Part shown: positions 25,798-34,662 of the stretch, piece by piece | How positions within the stretch are numbered: position 1 is the first letter of the stretch | Layout: every line of letters starts with the position of its first letter | Assembly: GCA_036264135.1 (NCBI GenBank) | Contig: DATARN010000008.1 | Coordinates: 9,095 to 73,094, forward strand | Source of the DNA: Acidimicrobiales bacterium | GTDB lineage: Bacteria > Actinomycetota > Acidimicrobiia > Acidimicrobiales > Palsa-688 | Reading direction: 5' to 3' | Length of the DNA stretch: 64,000 nt | The notes under the pieces: generated by a model | What the model saw: only the letters and a program-made list of their open reading frames with translations | Told to the model about the DNA's origin: nothing | Database searches by the model: none | Position numbers and translations under genes: made by a program

Positions 25798-27585
25798 TTA
25801 CCCCACTTGGAGGCTGCAGTCCTCGGCGACCGCCGAGGGCGAGTGCGACCGCTTCAGCACCTTGCCCTTGCCGAGGTACATGTGGACGCCGCACGGCAAG
25901 CAGGGATCGAACGACCGGACCGCACGCATGATGTCGATGCCCTTGAAGTTCTCCAAGCTGTTCTCCTCGAAGATGGGGGTGTTCATGACCGCATCCTCGT
26001 AGGGTCCAGGAGTGCCGTAGCTGTCGCGCGGGTTGGCGTTCCAGGGGGTCGGCGGGTACGGGTGGTAGTTGGCGATCTTGCCGCCCCGGATGACCATGTG
26101 GTGGGAGAGCACGCCGCGGACCGCCTCGATGAACCCGCAGCCGATGGCCTCGTCGGGAACCGTGAACGGAGACCACGTCTTGGTGTGGCCGGCGCGTACC
26201 TCGGCCAGCGCCTTGTCCATGAAGTGCAGGGCGCTGCAGCAGGCGTACAGCTGGAAGTACGAACGGGCTCGGTCACGCTCGATGGCGTTCGACCACTTCG
26301 GAACCTCCCACACGAAGTCCTGTGCCGGCTTCAGTGCCGTGCGCGGCAGGTGGAACTCGATGCTGTGGCCGGTCGCCTTGATGTAGCCGATGTCCACCAG
26401 ACCCGAGAGGGCGACGGCGAACAGACGAGCCAGCGGGCCGCCGCCGGTGTCGAGGGCCAGGTGGTCCCGGCCGTCGAACCACCGAGGCGACATGACCCAG
26501 CTGTAATTGCCGTCGAAGTCGCGCTTCTGGGGCTGGGGAATGGTGTGCTGGTTCCACGGGTGCCGGCGATCGACCGGGTTGCCCAAAGGATCCTTGGTGA
26601 CGTACATCTCCTGGCCTTCCCAGTCGTCGTAGAACGAGTGGCCGAGAAGGATGCGGATACCGAGGTTGATGTCCACCAGGTCGTTGGTCACCAGCTTGCC
26701 GTCGACGACGATGCCGGGCGTGACGAACATGGCCCGGCCCCACTCGGTCATGTTGCGGTAGTTGAAGTCGCACACATCGGGGTCCTGGAACGAGCCCCAG
26801 CAACCGGTCAGGATGCGGCGACGACCCACCTCTTCGTAGCCGGGCATGGCCTCGTAGAAGAACAGGAAGAGGTCTTCGTGCATGGGCACGACCCGCTTCA
26901 TGAACTCGGCATAACGCATCAGCCGGGCGTAGTAGTCGGTGAAGAGCTGAATGGTCGCGGTGGTGCCGTTACCGCCCGGGTAGAGGGTCGAGGGGTGAAC
27001 GTGGCGACCTTCCATAAGGCAGAACATTTCACGGGTCCACCGGCTGACCGCCAGCGCCTCCCGGTAGAACTCGCCCGAGAACGGGTTGAGGGAGCGCATG
27101 ATGTCGCCGATGTACTGGTAGCCGTGGTGCTCGGCGTTGGGTGCCGGCGTCCGGTTGGCCAGGTCGAGGACACCCGGGTTGGTCTCGGCGACCATCTTCT
27201 CGCAGAAGTCGACACCCACCAGGTTCTCCTGGAAGATGTTGTGGTCGAACATGTACTCGGCGGCCTCGCCGAGGTTTGACACCCACTCGCCCAGGTGCGG
27301 AGGAACGACGCCGTACGCCATGTTCTGCGTCCACGTCGACACTTCGCAGTGATTGTCGCCGCAGATGCCGCAAATGCGGCTGGTGATGAAGTGGGCGTCG
27401 CGCGGGTCCTTGCCCTTCATGAAGATGCTGTAGCCGCGGAAGATCGACGATGTCGAGTGGCAATCGACGACACGCCCGCGACCGAAGTCGATCTTGGTGT
27501 AAATCCCCAGGCTGCCGACGATGCGGGTAATGGGATCCCACGCCATCTCGACCAGCCCGGTGGCCTGTTGTGTCCTAGTAGGCAT
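25798..27585 (-). CDS. hhyL: [NiFe]-hydrogenase large subunit, group 1h (high-affinity, actinobacterial type)
   Basis: The N-terminal Ni-binding motif is TSRICGICGDNHC and the C-terminal motif is SFDPCLPCGVHMY. GGAGG precedes the ATG. Confidence 0.92.
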   Translation of the reverse strand: MPTRTQQATGLVEMAWDPITRIVGSLGIYTKIDFGRGRVVDCHSTSSIFRGYSIFMKGKDPRDAHFITSRICGICGDNHCEVSTWTQNMAYGVVPPHLGEWVSNLGEAAEYMFDHNIFQENLVGVDFCEKMVAETNPGVLDLANRTPAPNAEHHGYQYIGDIMRSLNPFSGEFYREALAVSRWTREMFCLMEGRHVHPSTLYPGGNGTTATIQLFTDYYARLMRYAEFMKRVVPMHEDLFLFFYEAMPGYEEVGRRRILTGCWGSFQDPDVCDFNYRNMTEWGRAMFVTPGIVVDGKLVTNDLVDINLGIRILLGHSFYDDWEGQEMYVTKDPLGNPVDRRHPWNQHTIPQPQKRDFDGNYSWVMSPRWFDGRDHLALDTGGGPLARLFAVALSGLVDIGYIKATGHSIEFHLPRTALKPAQDFVWEVPKWSNAIERDRARSYFQLYACCSALHFMDKALAEVRAGHTKTWSPFTVPDEAIGCGFIEAVRGVLSHHMVIRGGKIANYHPYPPTPWNANPRDSYGTPGPYEDAVMNTPIFEENSLENFKGIDIMRAVRSFDPCLPCGVHMYLGKGKVLKRSHSPSAVAEDCSLQVG

Positions 27586-27591
27586 GCTTGA

Positions 27592-28638
27592 TTACCTCCA
27601 CTCGCCCTTGTAGCCGGTAAGGAGCTTCTTGCCGGGCGTACGCCATTTCGGCTCCTCGTCCACGGTCTTCCCGGTGATCCGCCGCAAACCGCGGATGGCA
27701 CCGCCATACACGCCGCTGGCCGCGGTCGAGACCCTGGCACCGGGGGGTTCGTCCATGAACGGCATGAACTTGTCCGGGAAGCCGGGCATCGTGCAGCCGA
27801 TGCAGATACCACCGACGTTGGGGCATCCGCCCACACCGTTCGTCCAGCCCCGCTTGGGGACGTTGCACTTGACCACCGGTCCCCAGCAGCCGAGCTTGAC
27901 GATGCACTTGGGCGAGCCGTACTCGTCGGCGAAGTCGCCCTGCTCGTAGTAACCGGCCCGATCGCAACCCTCGTGCACGGTGTTGCCGAACAGCCACAGC
28001 GGCCGGAGGGCGTCGTCGAGGGGGATCATGGGCGCCTGGCCGGTGGCCTGGTAGAGCAGATAGAGGATCGTCTCCGCCAGGTTGTCGGGGTGGATCGGGC
28101 AGCCCGGCACGTTCACGATCGGCAGGCCGGCCTTGGACTTCCAGCCCCATCCCAGATAGTCGGCCACGCCCATGGCCCCGGTGGGATTGCCCGACATGGC
28201 GTGGATGCCGCCGTAGGTGGCGCAGGTGCCGACGGCCAGCACGGCCGTCGCCTTCGGGGCCAGGCGGTCAAGCCACTCGCTCGTCGTCATGGGCTGATCG
28301 GTGGCCGGGTTGTTCCCGAACCCGCACCAGTAACCCTCCTTCTTGATGGCCTCGTTGGGGATGGACCCCTCAATGACCAGCACGAAGGGCTCCAACTCGC
28401 CTCGCTCCGCCATAAAGAACCACTCGATGAAGTCGTCCGCCCCACCGACGGGTCCGCACTCGAAGTCGATGAGCGGCCAGTGAACTGCGATCTTCGGCAG
28501 CCCCGGCAGAGCTCCTAGTGCAATTTCTTCAATGCTGGGCTGGGTCGCCGAGGTGAGGGCGACCGAGTCGCCGTCACAGCTGAGCCCTGCATTGATCCAC
28601 AAGATGTGGATCACCGTCTCGTCCAGCGCAGATGCCAT
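27592..28638 (-). CDS. hhyS: [NiFe]-hydrogenase small subunit, no twin-arginine signal
   Basis: Cys clusters include LSCDGDS, GTCATYGG, PGCPIHPDN and CIGCTMPGFPD. The N-terminus MASALDETVIHILW lacks an RRxF Tat motif, consistent with group 1h. Confidence 0.92.
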   Translation of the reverse strand: MASALDETVIHILWINAGLSCDGDSVALTSATQPSIEEIALGALPGLPKIAVHWPLIDFECGPVGGADDFIEWFFMAERGELEPFVLVIEGSIPNEAIKKEGYWCGFGNNPATDQPMTTSEWLDRLAPKATAVLAVGTCATYGGIHAMSGNPTGAMGVADYLGWGWKSKAGLPIVNVPGCPIHPDNLAETILYLLYQATGQAPMIPLDDALRPLWLFGNTVHEGCDRAGYYEQGDFADEYGSPKCIVKLGCWGPVVKCNVPKRGWTNGVGGCPNVGGICIGCTMPGFPDKFMPFMDEPPGARVSTAASGVYGGAIRGLRRITGKTVDEEPKWRTPGKKLLTGYKGEWR

Positions 28639-28668
28639 ACCGCATTGCCTCCCGCGGTTTTAGTGGAC

Positions 28669-28739
28669 GGCGCATGGTGCGCCACGGGGTTGTCTAGGGG
28701 ATCGGCGCCACCCTGTAAATGGGTGTCTTTCACACCCAT
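28669..28739. promoter_or_regulatory. two palindromes in the divergent hhyS / PilZ-gene promoter region
   Basis: GGCGCA-TGG-TGCGCC lies at 28669-28683 and ATGGGTGT-CTTTC-ACACCCAT at 28719-28739, within the 128-bp gap between start codons 28638 (-) and 28767 (+). Confidence 0.3.
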
Positions 28740-28766
28740 ATACAGAACCTGGCCATAATTGCACCC

Positions 28767-29513
28767 ATGAGCGATCTGCCGGCCGAAGTCTTCCCCGAGC
28801 GGGTGGAGCTCGAGGTCCAGGACAGCGACCCTCCGGTGACGTTGATGTGCCGCATGTCGTCCTTCAGCGAACGGGGCGTGATCCTCGTGGCCGAGACGGG
28901 GGCCGCCGACGCGTTCCCGGCCGGCACCAGGGTGCGGGCCAGCTACGGCGACCATTCGGGGTTCTGCCAATTCGTCAGCGAAGTGGTTTCGGCGGTGCCG
29001 GCGCCGTGGGCGACGGAAGGCGGGGAAAACGTTGCCGTTCTCGTGCGGGTCCTGGCGCCGACCCGGGTCTCGACGACCCAACGCCGCCGTTACGTCCGCT
29101 CCGACGTCGAAGTCGAGATCGCCTGCGCCCTGCTCGACCGCCCGGCCATGACCTTCCGCGCCGCCCCCGGCGAGGTGCGCAACCTGGGCGGCGGCGGGCT
29201 GATGATGGTCATCGCCGCCCACCCCTCACTGGTGGTGGGCGCCGAACTGGCCCTGGCCATCCCCGCCCCCGGCGGCGACCCCGTCCTGGCGCTCGGCCGG
29301 GTGGTGCAGGCGCTCCCCCAGCCCGAAGGGCCGGTCCAGCTCCGCATGGCATTCACGTCCATCGACGCCGTCGGTCGGGACCGCATCGAGCGGTTCGTGT
29401 ACCGCCGGCTGGGCGGCAGCGCCCCCGCCAAGCTGTGGTCATCGGGCAAGATCACCCAAACCCGGGATGTAAGACTGCCAGCGACGGAGGCGAGCACCCA
29501 TCACCACACGTAG
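28767..29513 (+). CDS. PilZ-domain protein (putative c-di-GMP receptor)
   Basis: QRRRYVRSDVEV followed by GEVRNLGGGGLMMV matches the RxxxR...D/NxSxxG PilZ signature. The start is set at the ATG at 28767 (the ORF track start is 28719). Confidence 0.6.
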   Translation: MSDLPAEVFPERVELEVQDSDPPVTLMCRMSSFSERGVILVAETGAADAFPAGTRVRASYGDHSGFCQFVSEVVSAVPAPWATEGGENVAVLVRVLAPTRVSTTQRRRYVRSDVEVEIACALLDRPAMTFRAAPGEVRNLGGGGLMMVIAAHPSLVVGAELALAIPAPGGDPVLALGRVVQALPQPEGPVQLRMAFTSIDAVGRDRIERFVYRRLGGSAPAKLWSSGKITQTRDVRLPATEASTHHHT

Positions 29514-29598
29514 CGGCACGCACGAGGAGCAGGCCACCCGGGAAGCCGAGCTGGCCGCCGCCCAGGCGGAAAAAGAGGAGCTGGCCATTCTCCTCAAG

Positions 29599-30027
29599 GT
29601 GCGGGCCCTGCTGGCGACGGCGGAAGGCAGCGAGTTCGAGGAGGAGTCGCGGCTCTTCTACGACAAGGCGATGACGCTGGCCACCCGATACGAAATGGAG
29701 CCGGCGCTGCTGGCCTACCCCCGCGAGGACCTGAAGGTCGCGGTCGTCATGGCCGAGCTCGGCCGCCTACGCGAGATCATCGAGTGGTACACCGACCAGG
29801 ACGAGACCTGGGAGACCAAGACGGCCGAGTGGTCAGCCGTCCTCGACGAGTACGACGGGGCGCTGGAAGTGGCCTGCGACATCCTGTGCCTGCCGTTGAA
29901 GCGGCTGCCCTTCGGTTGCCGGCGCCATTTCCGCCCCCACGACCGCGCCAAGATCGAGAACCTCATCTGGGACCGGGTTACCTCGGGAAAACACGACGAC
30001 TCCCCTACCGCCGCAGAGATGCTCTGA
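29599..30027 (+). CDS. hypothetical protein (N-terminus DUF2786-like)
   Basis: The GTG-start ORF begins RALLATAEGSEFEEESRLFYDKAMTLATRY, which resembles the DUF2786 helix pair. The in-frame upstream helical sequence has no canonical start codon. Confidence 0.4.
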   Translation: MRALLATAEGSEFEEESRLFYDKAMTLATRYEMEPALLAYPREDLKVAVVMAELGRLREIIEWYTDQDETWETKTAEWSAVLDEYDGALEVACDILCLPLKRLPFGCRRHFRPHDRAKIENLIWDRVTSGKHDDSPTAAEML

Positions 30028-30099
30028 GGCGCCATCGCAGAGATGCTGCGAGGCGCCGGAATGGCGGCCGCTCGGCCCGCCGGAAAGCGAGGTGCACGC

Positions 30100-30471
30100 A
30101 TGCTGGTCGTAGTCACCATCACCAAGGACGTTGACGACCCCGAAGCGCCGTCGTGGGTCCCCATCGACCAACTGGTCGGTCCCGTCACCGAGGGGGCGGA
30201 AGCCATGGTCATCGAGGGGTACACCGGCGACGTAGCCGACGGCACGATCGCCGAGATCGACGACGCCGGCCGGCGGGTCCGGGTCGACGTCGACTGGTCG
30301 ACGCAACGAACCATCCTGGAGGAGCCCTACGACTCCGAGGGCCGCGGCGGCTCGGATTTCGAGTCGAGCGCCGAGCGCTTCGGCGGCAAGGCCATGGGCC
30401 CCGGCGGCGTCCGCTGGGGATTCAGCCGGCCGGCGCCGCTCAAGAAGACGCCGGCGCCACCCGCCGGCTGA
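30100..30471 (+). CDS. hypothetical acidic protein (123 aa)
   Basis: The ATG at 30100 has GAGG 7 nt upstream. The product begins MLVVVTITKDVDDPEAPSWVPIDQL... . No family recognised. Confidence 0.4.
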   Translation: MLVVVTITKDVDDPEAPSWVPIDQLVGPVTEGAEAMVIEGYTGDVADGTIAEIDDAGRRVRVDVDWSTQRTILEEPYDSEGRGGSDFESSAERFGGKAMGPGGVRWGFSRPAPLKKTPAPPAG

Positions 30472-30479
30472 GGCGCTCG

Positions 30480-31463
30480 CTATTCCGGGACGTTGGCGCC
30501 GATGCGCAGCAGACCCTGGTCTCGGGTAATGAGCACGCTCTGCACGTGGAAACCGTCGGGTGTCACGGTGACGCCGGGGAGGGCCGTCGACCCGGTCACC
30601 CCGCTGGCCACGAAGATGCCGTCGTCGGACTCGGAGAGATCGTCCAGGGCGAATACCCGGCCGAGCTCGCCCGCCGCCTCGACCATCTGGCGCTCTTCCT
30701 CGCTCTGGGGCGCCGGCGTGCCCTGCATGTCGCCGCCGAGCAGCCGCACCGCGCACGCCGTGATCACGCCCTCCGGCGCCCCGCCGATCCCTGCCGACAG
30801 GTCGATGCCGCCCCCCGGCACCAGCGACGCCAAGCCCGCCATCACGTCACCGTCGGGAATCTCCACCACGCCGGCGCCGGTGGCGCGGATGCGGGCGATG
30901 AGTTCGACGTGGCGAGGCTTGGCCAGGACCGCGACCTTCAGTGACGGCACCCGCACGCCGAGGGCGGCCGCGACCGAGGTCAGGTTGTCCTCGATCGGCG
31001 CCTCGATGTCGATGGCCCCATGCGCCCTCGGACCGACGACCAGCTTGTCCATGTAGAAGCCCACGATGGGCGCAAAGGTGTGGCGAGGGGCGGCCGCTAA
31101 CACGGTGATGGCCCCCGGCCACCCCCGGGCGCAGAGGTTGGTGCCCTCCAGCGGATCCACGGCCAGGTCGAACTCGGGCCCGCGACCGCAGCCGATTTCC
31201 TCGCCGGCGAACAGCATCGGGGCGTCGTCCTTTTCCCCCTCGCCGATGACCACGACGCCGTGGCCAGGCACGGTGGACAGGTGGGCCCGCATGGCCTCCA
31301 CCGCCGCATGGTCGGCGGCGTTCTTGTCGCCCCGTCCGATCCACGCGTGGCAGCGCGCCGCGGCAACGGTGGCCGCGTCGAGGAGAGGGAGGGCCAGCGA
31401 GGCCATCCGGTCGGACCAGGCGGCGTCCTCATCCTCGGGTGTGGGTCCAGCATCGGTGAGCAT
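30480..31463 (-). CDS. glpX: fructose-1,6-bisphosphatase class II (GlpX; possible dual FBPase/SBPase)
   Basis: Motifs DKNAADHAAVEAM, VIGEGEKDDAPML, AVDPLEGT and IPDGDV are present. The start is set at the ATG at 31463. Confidence 0.85.
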   Translation of the reverse strand: MLTDAGPTPEDEDAAWSDRMASLALPLLDAATVAAARCHAWIGRGDKNAADHAAVEAMRAHLSTVPGHGVVVIGEGEKDDAPMLFAGEEIGCGRGPEFDLAVDPLEGTNLCARGWPGAITVLAAAPRHTFAPIVGFYMDKLVVGPRAHGAIDIEAPIEDNLTSVAAALGVRVPSLKVAVLAKPRHVELIARIRATGAGVVEIPDGDVMAGLASLVPGGGIDLSAGIGGAPEGVITACAVRLLGGDMQGTPAPQSEEERQMVEAAGELGRVFALDDLSESDDGIFVASGVTGSTALPGVTVTPDGFHVQSVLITRDQGLLRIGANVPE

Positions 31464-31587
31464 CCGGCAAAGGCTAGGGAGCGCCGCTGCGGCCCACCTC
31501 CCCCGGGTTGGTGACGCACGGGAAGGTCTCGAGGTACCCCGAGAACGCGTGGACTTCGGGGCCGAGACGCCATGCTTAGATCGTTCC

Positions 31588-32607
31588 ATGCGTATCGCAG
31601 TCATCGCCCCCCCGTGGGCTCCCATCCCACCCAAGCTGTACGGCGGGATCGAGCTCGTCGTCGACGAACTGGCAACCGGCTTCCAACAGGCGGGTCACGA
31701 GGTCGTGCTCTTCGCCACCGGCGACTCCGCCTCGGCCGTCACCACCCGGTGGGTCCTCGAGCAAGCCGAAGGACACCGCATCGGGGCCGCTGTCCCCGAA
31801 CTTCGTCATGTCATGAACGCCTACGACGCGGTCGGAGACTTCGACGTCGTCCACGACCACACCATCATTGGGCCGGTCTACTCCGAGCGGTACCCCGATG
31901 TACGAGTCGTCACCACCGTCCACGGGCCGTTCAACGAGGAGTTGGCCGACATCTACCGCCGGATCGCCGAGCGGGTACCGATCATCGCCATCTCCCACGC
32001 CCAGCGCCGCCACGTCGCCGACCTCCGGATCGCCCGGGTCATCCATCACGGCGTCGATCCCCACATGTTCCCCGTCGGCGCCGGCGACGGCGGCTATTTC
32101 CTGTTCCTCGGCCGCATGGCACCCGAGAAAGGGGCGCATCGCGCCGTCGAGGCGGCGCGCAAAGCCGGCGTCCCGCTCCTGGTCGCCGCCAAGATGCGGG
32201 AGTCGCGCGAGGTCGAGTACTTCGACACGCTCGTCAAGCCGTCGCTCAACGAGGACGTCGTGTATCTGGGCGAGGTGGAGCACGAGGAAAAAGTGCGCCT
32301 GCTGGCGGGCGCCCGGGCCTTGCTCAACCCCATCCGTTGGGCCGAACCGTTCGGACTGGTCATGGTCGAGTCGCTCGCCTGTGGCACACCGGTCCTGGCC
32401 TTCCCGGAGGGTGCCGCCCCCGAAATCGTGGAGGACGGCCGGACCGGCTTCTTGTGCCACGACGAAGTCGACATGGCAGAGCGGATCGGCCAGGTCGACC
32501 AGCTCGACCGCACCGCCTGCCGGGCCTCGGTCACCGAGTACTTCAATACGACCCGTATGGTCAACGAGCACCTGGCCCTGTTCGAAGATCTGATCTGCGC
32601 CCACTGA
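31588..32607 (+). CDS. GT4-family (GT-B fold) glycosyltransferase
   Basis: The sequence reads MRIAVIAPPWAPIPPKLYGGIELVV... with EPFGLVMVESLACGTPV (E-x7-E region). It is the internal ATG of the longer ORF 31066..32607, whose 5' part is antisense to glpX. Confidence 0.8.
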   Translation: MRIAVIAPPWAPIPPKLYGGIELVVDELATGFQQAGHEVVLFATGDSASAVTTRWVLEQAEGHRIGAAVPELRHVMNAYDAVGDFDVVHDHTIIGPVYSERYPDVRVVTTVHGPFNEELADIYRRIAERVPIIAISHAQRRHVADLRIARVIHHGVDPHMFPVGAGDGGYFLFLGRMAPEKGAHRAVEAARKAGVPLLVAAKMRESREVEYFDTLVKPSLNEDVVYLGEVEHEEKVRLLAGARALLNPIRWAEPFGLVMVESLACGTPVLAFPEGAAPEIVEDGRTGFLCHDEVDMAERIGQVDQLDRTACRASVTEYFNTTRMVNEHLALFEDLICAH

Positions 32608-32633
32608 ACGCTTTGCCCGTTGCTCCGGCTACC

Positions 32634-33065
32634 GTGACAAGGGTGGAGGAGGGCGAGGAGCGGCGCATCGTCGAGGTCGACGGCATGGAGCTGCATCTCG
32701 ACCCGGCGGCCGACGCCGATGGCGAGGTCCATACCGCCCTTCCGCCCCGAGTCGAGTCGTGGCGCCGGCGCAGCGTGGCCGGGGCCATCCTGACCGGCAT
32801 CGGCCTCGGGCTGAAACAGGTACTGGAACCGCAGCGCGAGGAAGCGGCCATCATCGTCCAGTCCTCCGGCGAGCCGCCCGCTGACCTGCCGGTCGAGGCG
32901 GACCTCGGCGGCATCCACCCCTCCGCCAACGTGGTCCGGATCCGCCCGTGGCTCATGTCGCCGGCGTCGGTTTCCCCACCGGCCTCCTCTCCCCGGACCG
33001 CCTCCGCCCCCGAGTCGGGCCAGGATGCCCCAACGCCGGAGGGCCCCGGCCCCGACGCGCCGTGA
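32634..33065 (+). CDS. hypothetical protein
   Basis: This is the tail of the frame-0 ORF. Possible starts are GTG 32634, GTG 32643 or ATG 32685. It ends in a GTGA overlap with the next gene. Composition is coding-like but no family is recognised. Confidence 0.3.
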   Translation: MTRVEEGEERRIVEVDGMELHLDPAADADGEVHTALPPRVESWRRRSVAGAILTGIGLGLKQVLEPQREEAAIIVQSSGEPPADLPVEADLGGIHPSANVVRIRPWLMSPASVSPPASSPRTASAPESGQDAPTPEGPGPDAP

Positions 33066-33616
33066 GCGATTCCGATCAAGACCGGGATCAGGCCGAGGAC
33101 TCCGAATCGATCGAGCCGAAGCCCACCCAGATGCTGCGCCTCGAGCAGCAGGTGGGTTACGTGCTCGCCGGCGTGGCCGCCGCGGGGTCGGTGTCGGCCG
33201 CCACCATCGGCCATCAGCCGATTGTCGGCCTCATCGGCTTGGTGACCACTGCCGTTCTCACCCTGGCGGTCCGCAAGGGTCATCGGATCCTGGCCGCCGC
33301 CGGCGCCTTCCTGACCGGCTTCACCGTGGCCAACAATTTCGTGCCCTTCGAGATTGTCCTGCTCATCTACGGCGGCTTCTTGATGATGCGGACGAGCAGC
33401 GCGCAGGGCAAGGCCCGACGGGCCCAGGCGCCGATGACCGCAGCGCAGCGTCGGGAGGCGGCGACCGCTCGTGCCGCCGCCCGGGCCCAACGCCGGCGGG
33501 GCGGTGTCGCCACGCCGGCGGCCGCAGTTAAAACCCCGCCTCCGAACCGGCGCTACACCCCGCCGAAACCCAAGGCCCGACCCCGGCCGCCGGCGCCTCC
33601 CGAAACGACCCGCTGA
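33062..33616 (+). CDS. integral membrane protein with an Arg/Pro-rich tail
   Basis: The GTG at 33062 overlaps the upstream stop. There are three or four hydrophobic helices (VGYVLAGVAAAGSV, IVGLIGLVTTAVLTLAV, AAAGAFLTGFTV, FEIVLLIYGGFLMM). Confidence 0.5.
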   Translation: MSDSDQDRDQAEDSESIEPKPTQMLRLEQQVGYVLAGVAAAGSVSAATIGHQPIVGLIGLVTTAVLTLAVRKGHRILAAAGAFLTGFTVANNFVPFEIVLLIYGGFLMMRTSSAQGKARRAQAPMTAAQRREAATARAAARAQRRRGGVATPAAAVKTPPPNRRYTPPKPKARPRPPAPPETTR

Positions 33617-33700
33617 CCCTCCCAGCCGCCCATCGCCGGCAGCCGGCGGCGGGGGCGGGCAGCCGGCGGGCGGGCGGCGGCGGCGTGCGGCCGGCGCTGG

Positions 33701-33963
33701 CCGGCGCCCCCGACCTTGTGGCGACAACGTGCGCCGCCGGGCAGCACAACTCACCACAAGGTCGCCCTACGGCCCCGCCTTCCCGGCGCCACCCCCGACC
33801 TCGTGGCAACAACGTGCGCCGCCCGACGGCACAACTCGCCACAAGGTCGCCCTACGGCGCCGCCTTCCCGGCGCCACTCCGACCTCGTGGCAACAACGTG
33901 CGCCGCCCGACGGCACAACTCGCCACAAGGTCGCCCCACGGCCCCGCCGGCACCCCGCCTTCG
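33701..33963. repeat. intergenic tandem repeat, about 3 copies of an 82-85-bp unit, each with a 13-nt inverted repeat
   Basis: Units start at 33701, 33783 and 33868. The consensus is CCGGCGCC..CCGACCT(T/C)GTGGC(G/A)ACAACGTGCGCCGCC..GCACAACTC(A/G)CCACAAGGTCGCCC(T/C)ACGGC.CCGCCTTC. Copy 1 has arms GACCTTGTGGCGA (33712-33724) and TCACCACAAGGTC (33751-33763). The repeat lies between convergent genes. Confidence 0.85.
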
Positions 33964-34045
33964 CCGCCGGCGGCCCCACGGCGTCGGCCGCCACCCCGCC
34001 TTCCCCGCCGGTCGCCGACCGCCGGGGCGCCGCCGCCGGCCCCGG

Positions 34046-34639
34046 TTACTCCGCCACCAGGGCGGAACGGAGGAACGACAGCAGCTCCCGCCGGCGCCGC
34101 ACCAGCGACCGGGCCGTCGGCTCGTACCCGAGGGCGCGCAGCACTTCGACCTCGGTGGCCACGCCGATGACCGCCGAGTACGCCGCCAGGAGCAGCAACC
34201 GGGGGTCGTGCCGGCGCATGGACCCGGCGTCCATCTCGGCCTCGAGGAACGACGCCGCTCGATCGATAAGCGGGCCGAGGGCGGCGGTGAGCCGGGTGGC
34301 GGCGGGGGGACCGAGCCGGCTGGCTTCCCGCAGCAGGCCGAGCAGCTCGGGCCGGCGGGCCGCCAGTCGGAACACGGACCGCACGACCGCCTCGATCCGC
34401 GCCCACCCACTGCCCGCCCCGGCCAGTGCCTCCTCGAGAACGACGGACAGCTCCGCCGCCGCCCGATCGATGGCGGCGTCGAGCAACGCCTCCTTGGACG
34501 GACAGTAATAAAGGATGGTCTGCTTGCGGACGCCGAGCTCCGCAGCCAGGGCATCGAGGCTGGTGGCGTCGTAGCCTCGGGAGCCGAAGGCGACCACGGC
34601 GGCGTCAACCACACGGTCACGAGTGCTGGCGCCAGTCAT
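34046..34639 (-). CDS. TetR-family transcriptional regulator
   Basis: The HTH reads RDRVVDAAVVAFGSRGYDATSLDALAAELGVRKQTILYYCPSKEALL. Confidence 0.85.
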   Translation of the reverse strand: MTGASTRDRVVDAAVVAFGSRGYDATSLDALAAELGVRKQTILYYCPSKEALLDAAIDRAAAELSVVLEEALAGAGSGWARIEAVVRSVFRLAARRPELLGLLREASRLGPPAATRLTAALGPLIDRAASFLEAEMDAGSMRRHDPRLLLLAAYSAVIGVATEVEVLRALGYEPTARSLVRRRRELLSFLRSALVAE

Positions 34640-34653
34640 CTACCAAATGGTAG
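34640..34653. promoter_or_regulatory. perfect palindrome CTACCAAATGGTAG (candidate TetR operator)
   Basis: It sits in the 23-bp gap between divergent start codons 34639 (-) and 34663 (+). Confidence 0.5.
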
Positions 34654-34662
34654 ATACTAAGG

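Noticed and set aside
25576-27279. 567-aa plus-strand ORF antisense to the hydrogenase large subunit
   Set aside because: It is a shadow ORF with Arg/Val/Gly/Asp-rich composition and no recognisable domain.
31066-31587. N-terminal 174 aa of the 513-aa glycosyltransferase ORF
   Set aside because: This part is antisense to glpX and Ser/Ala/Pro/Arg-rich. The GT-B family N-terminus MRIAVIAPPW begins at 31588.
33701-33963. Possible CRISPR array
   Set aside because: The ~84-bp units are directly contiguous with no unique spacers between them. The unit length is far above CRISPR repeat size, and no cas genes are present in the window.
33471-34620. Long ORFs on both strands (33471..34508 +, 33751..34620 -) covering the tandem repeat and the TetR gene
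   Set aside because: Their translations merely echo the DNA repeat (for example PPDGTTRHKVA twice) and are extremely Arg/Pro/Ala-rich. The TetR reading frame explains 34046-34639, and the remainder is better described as non-coding repeat.
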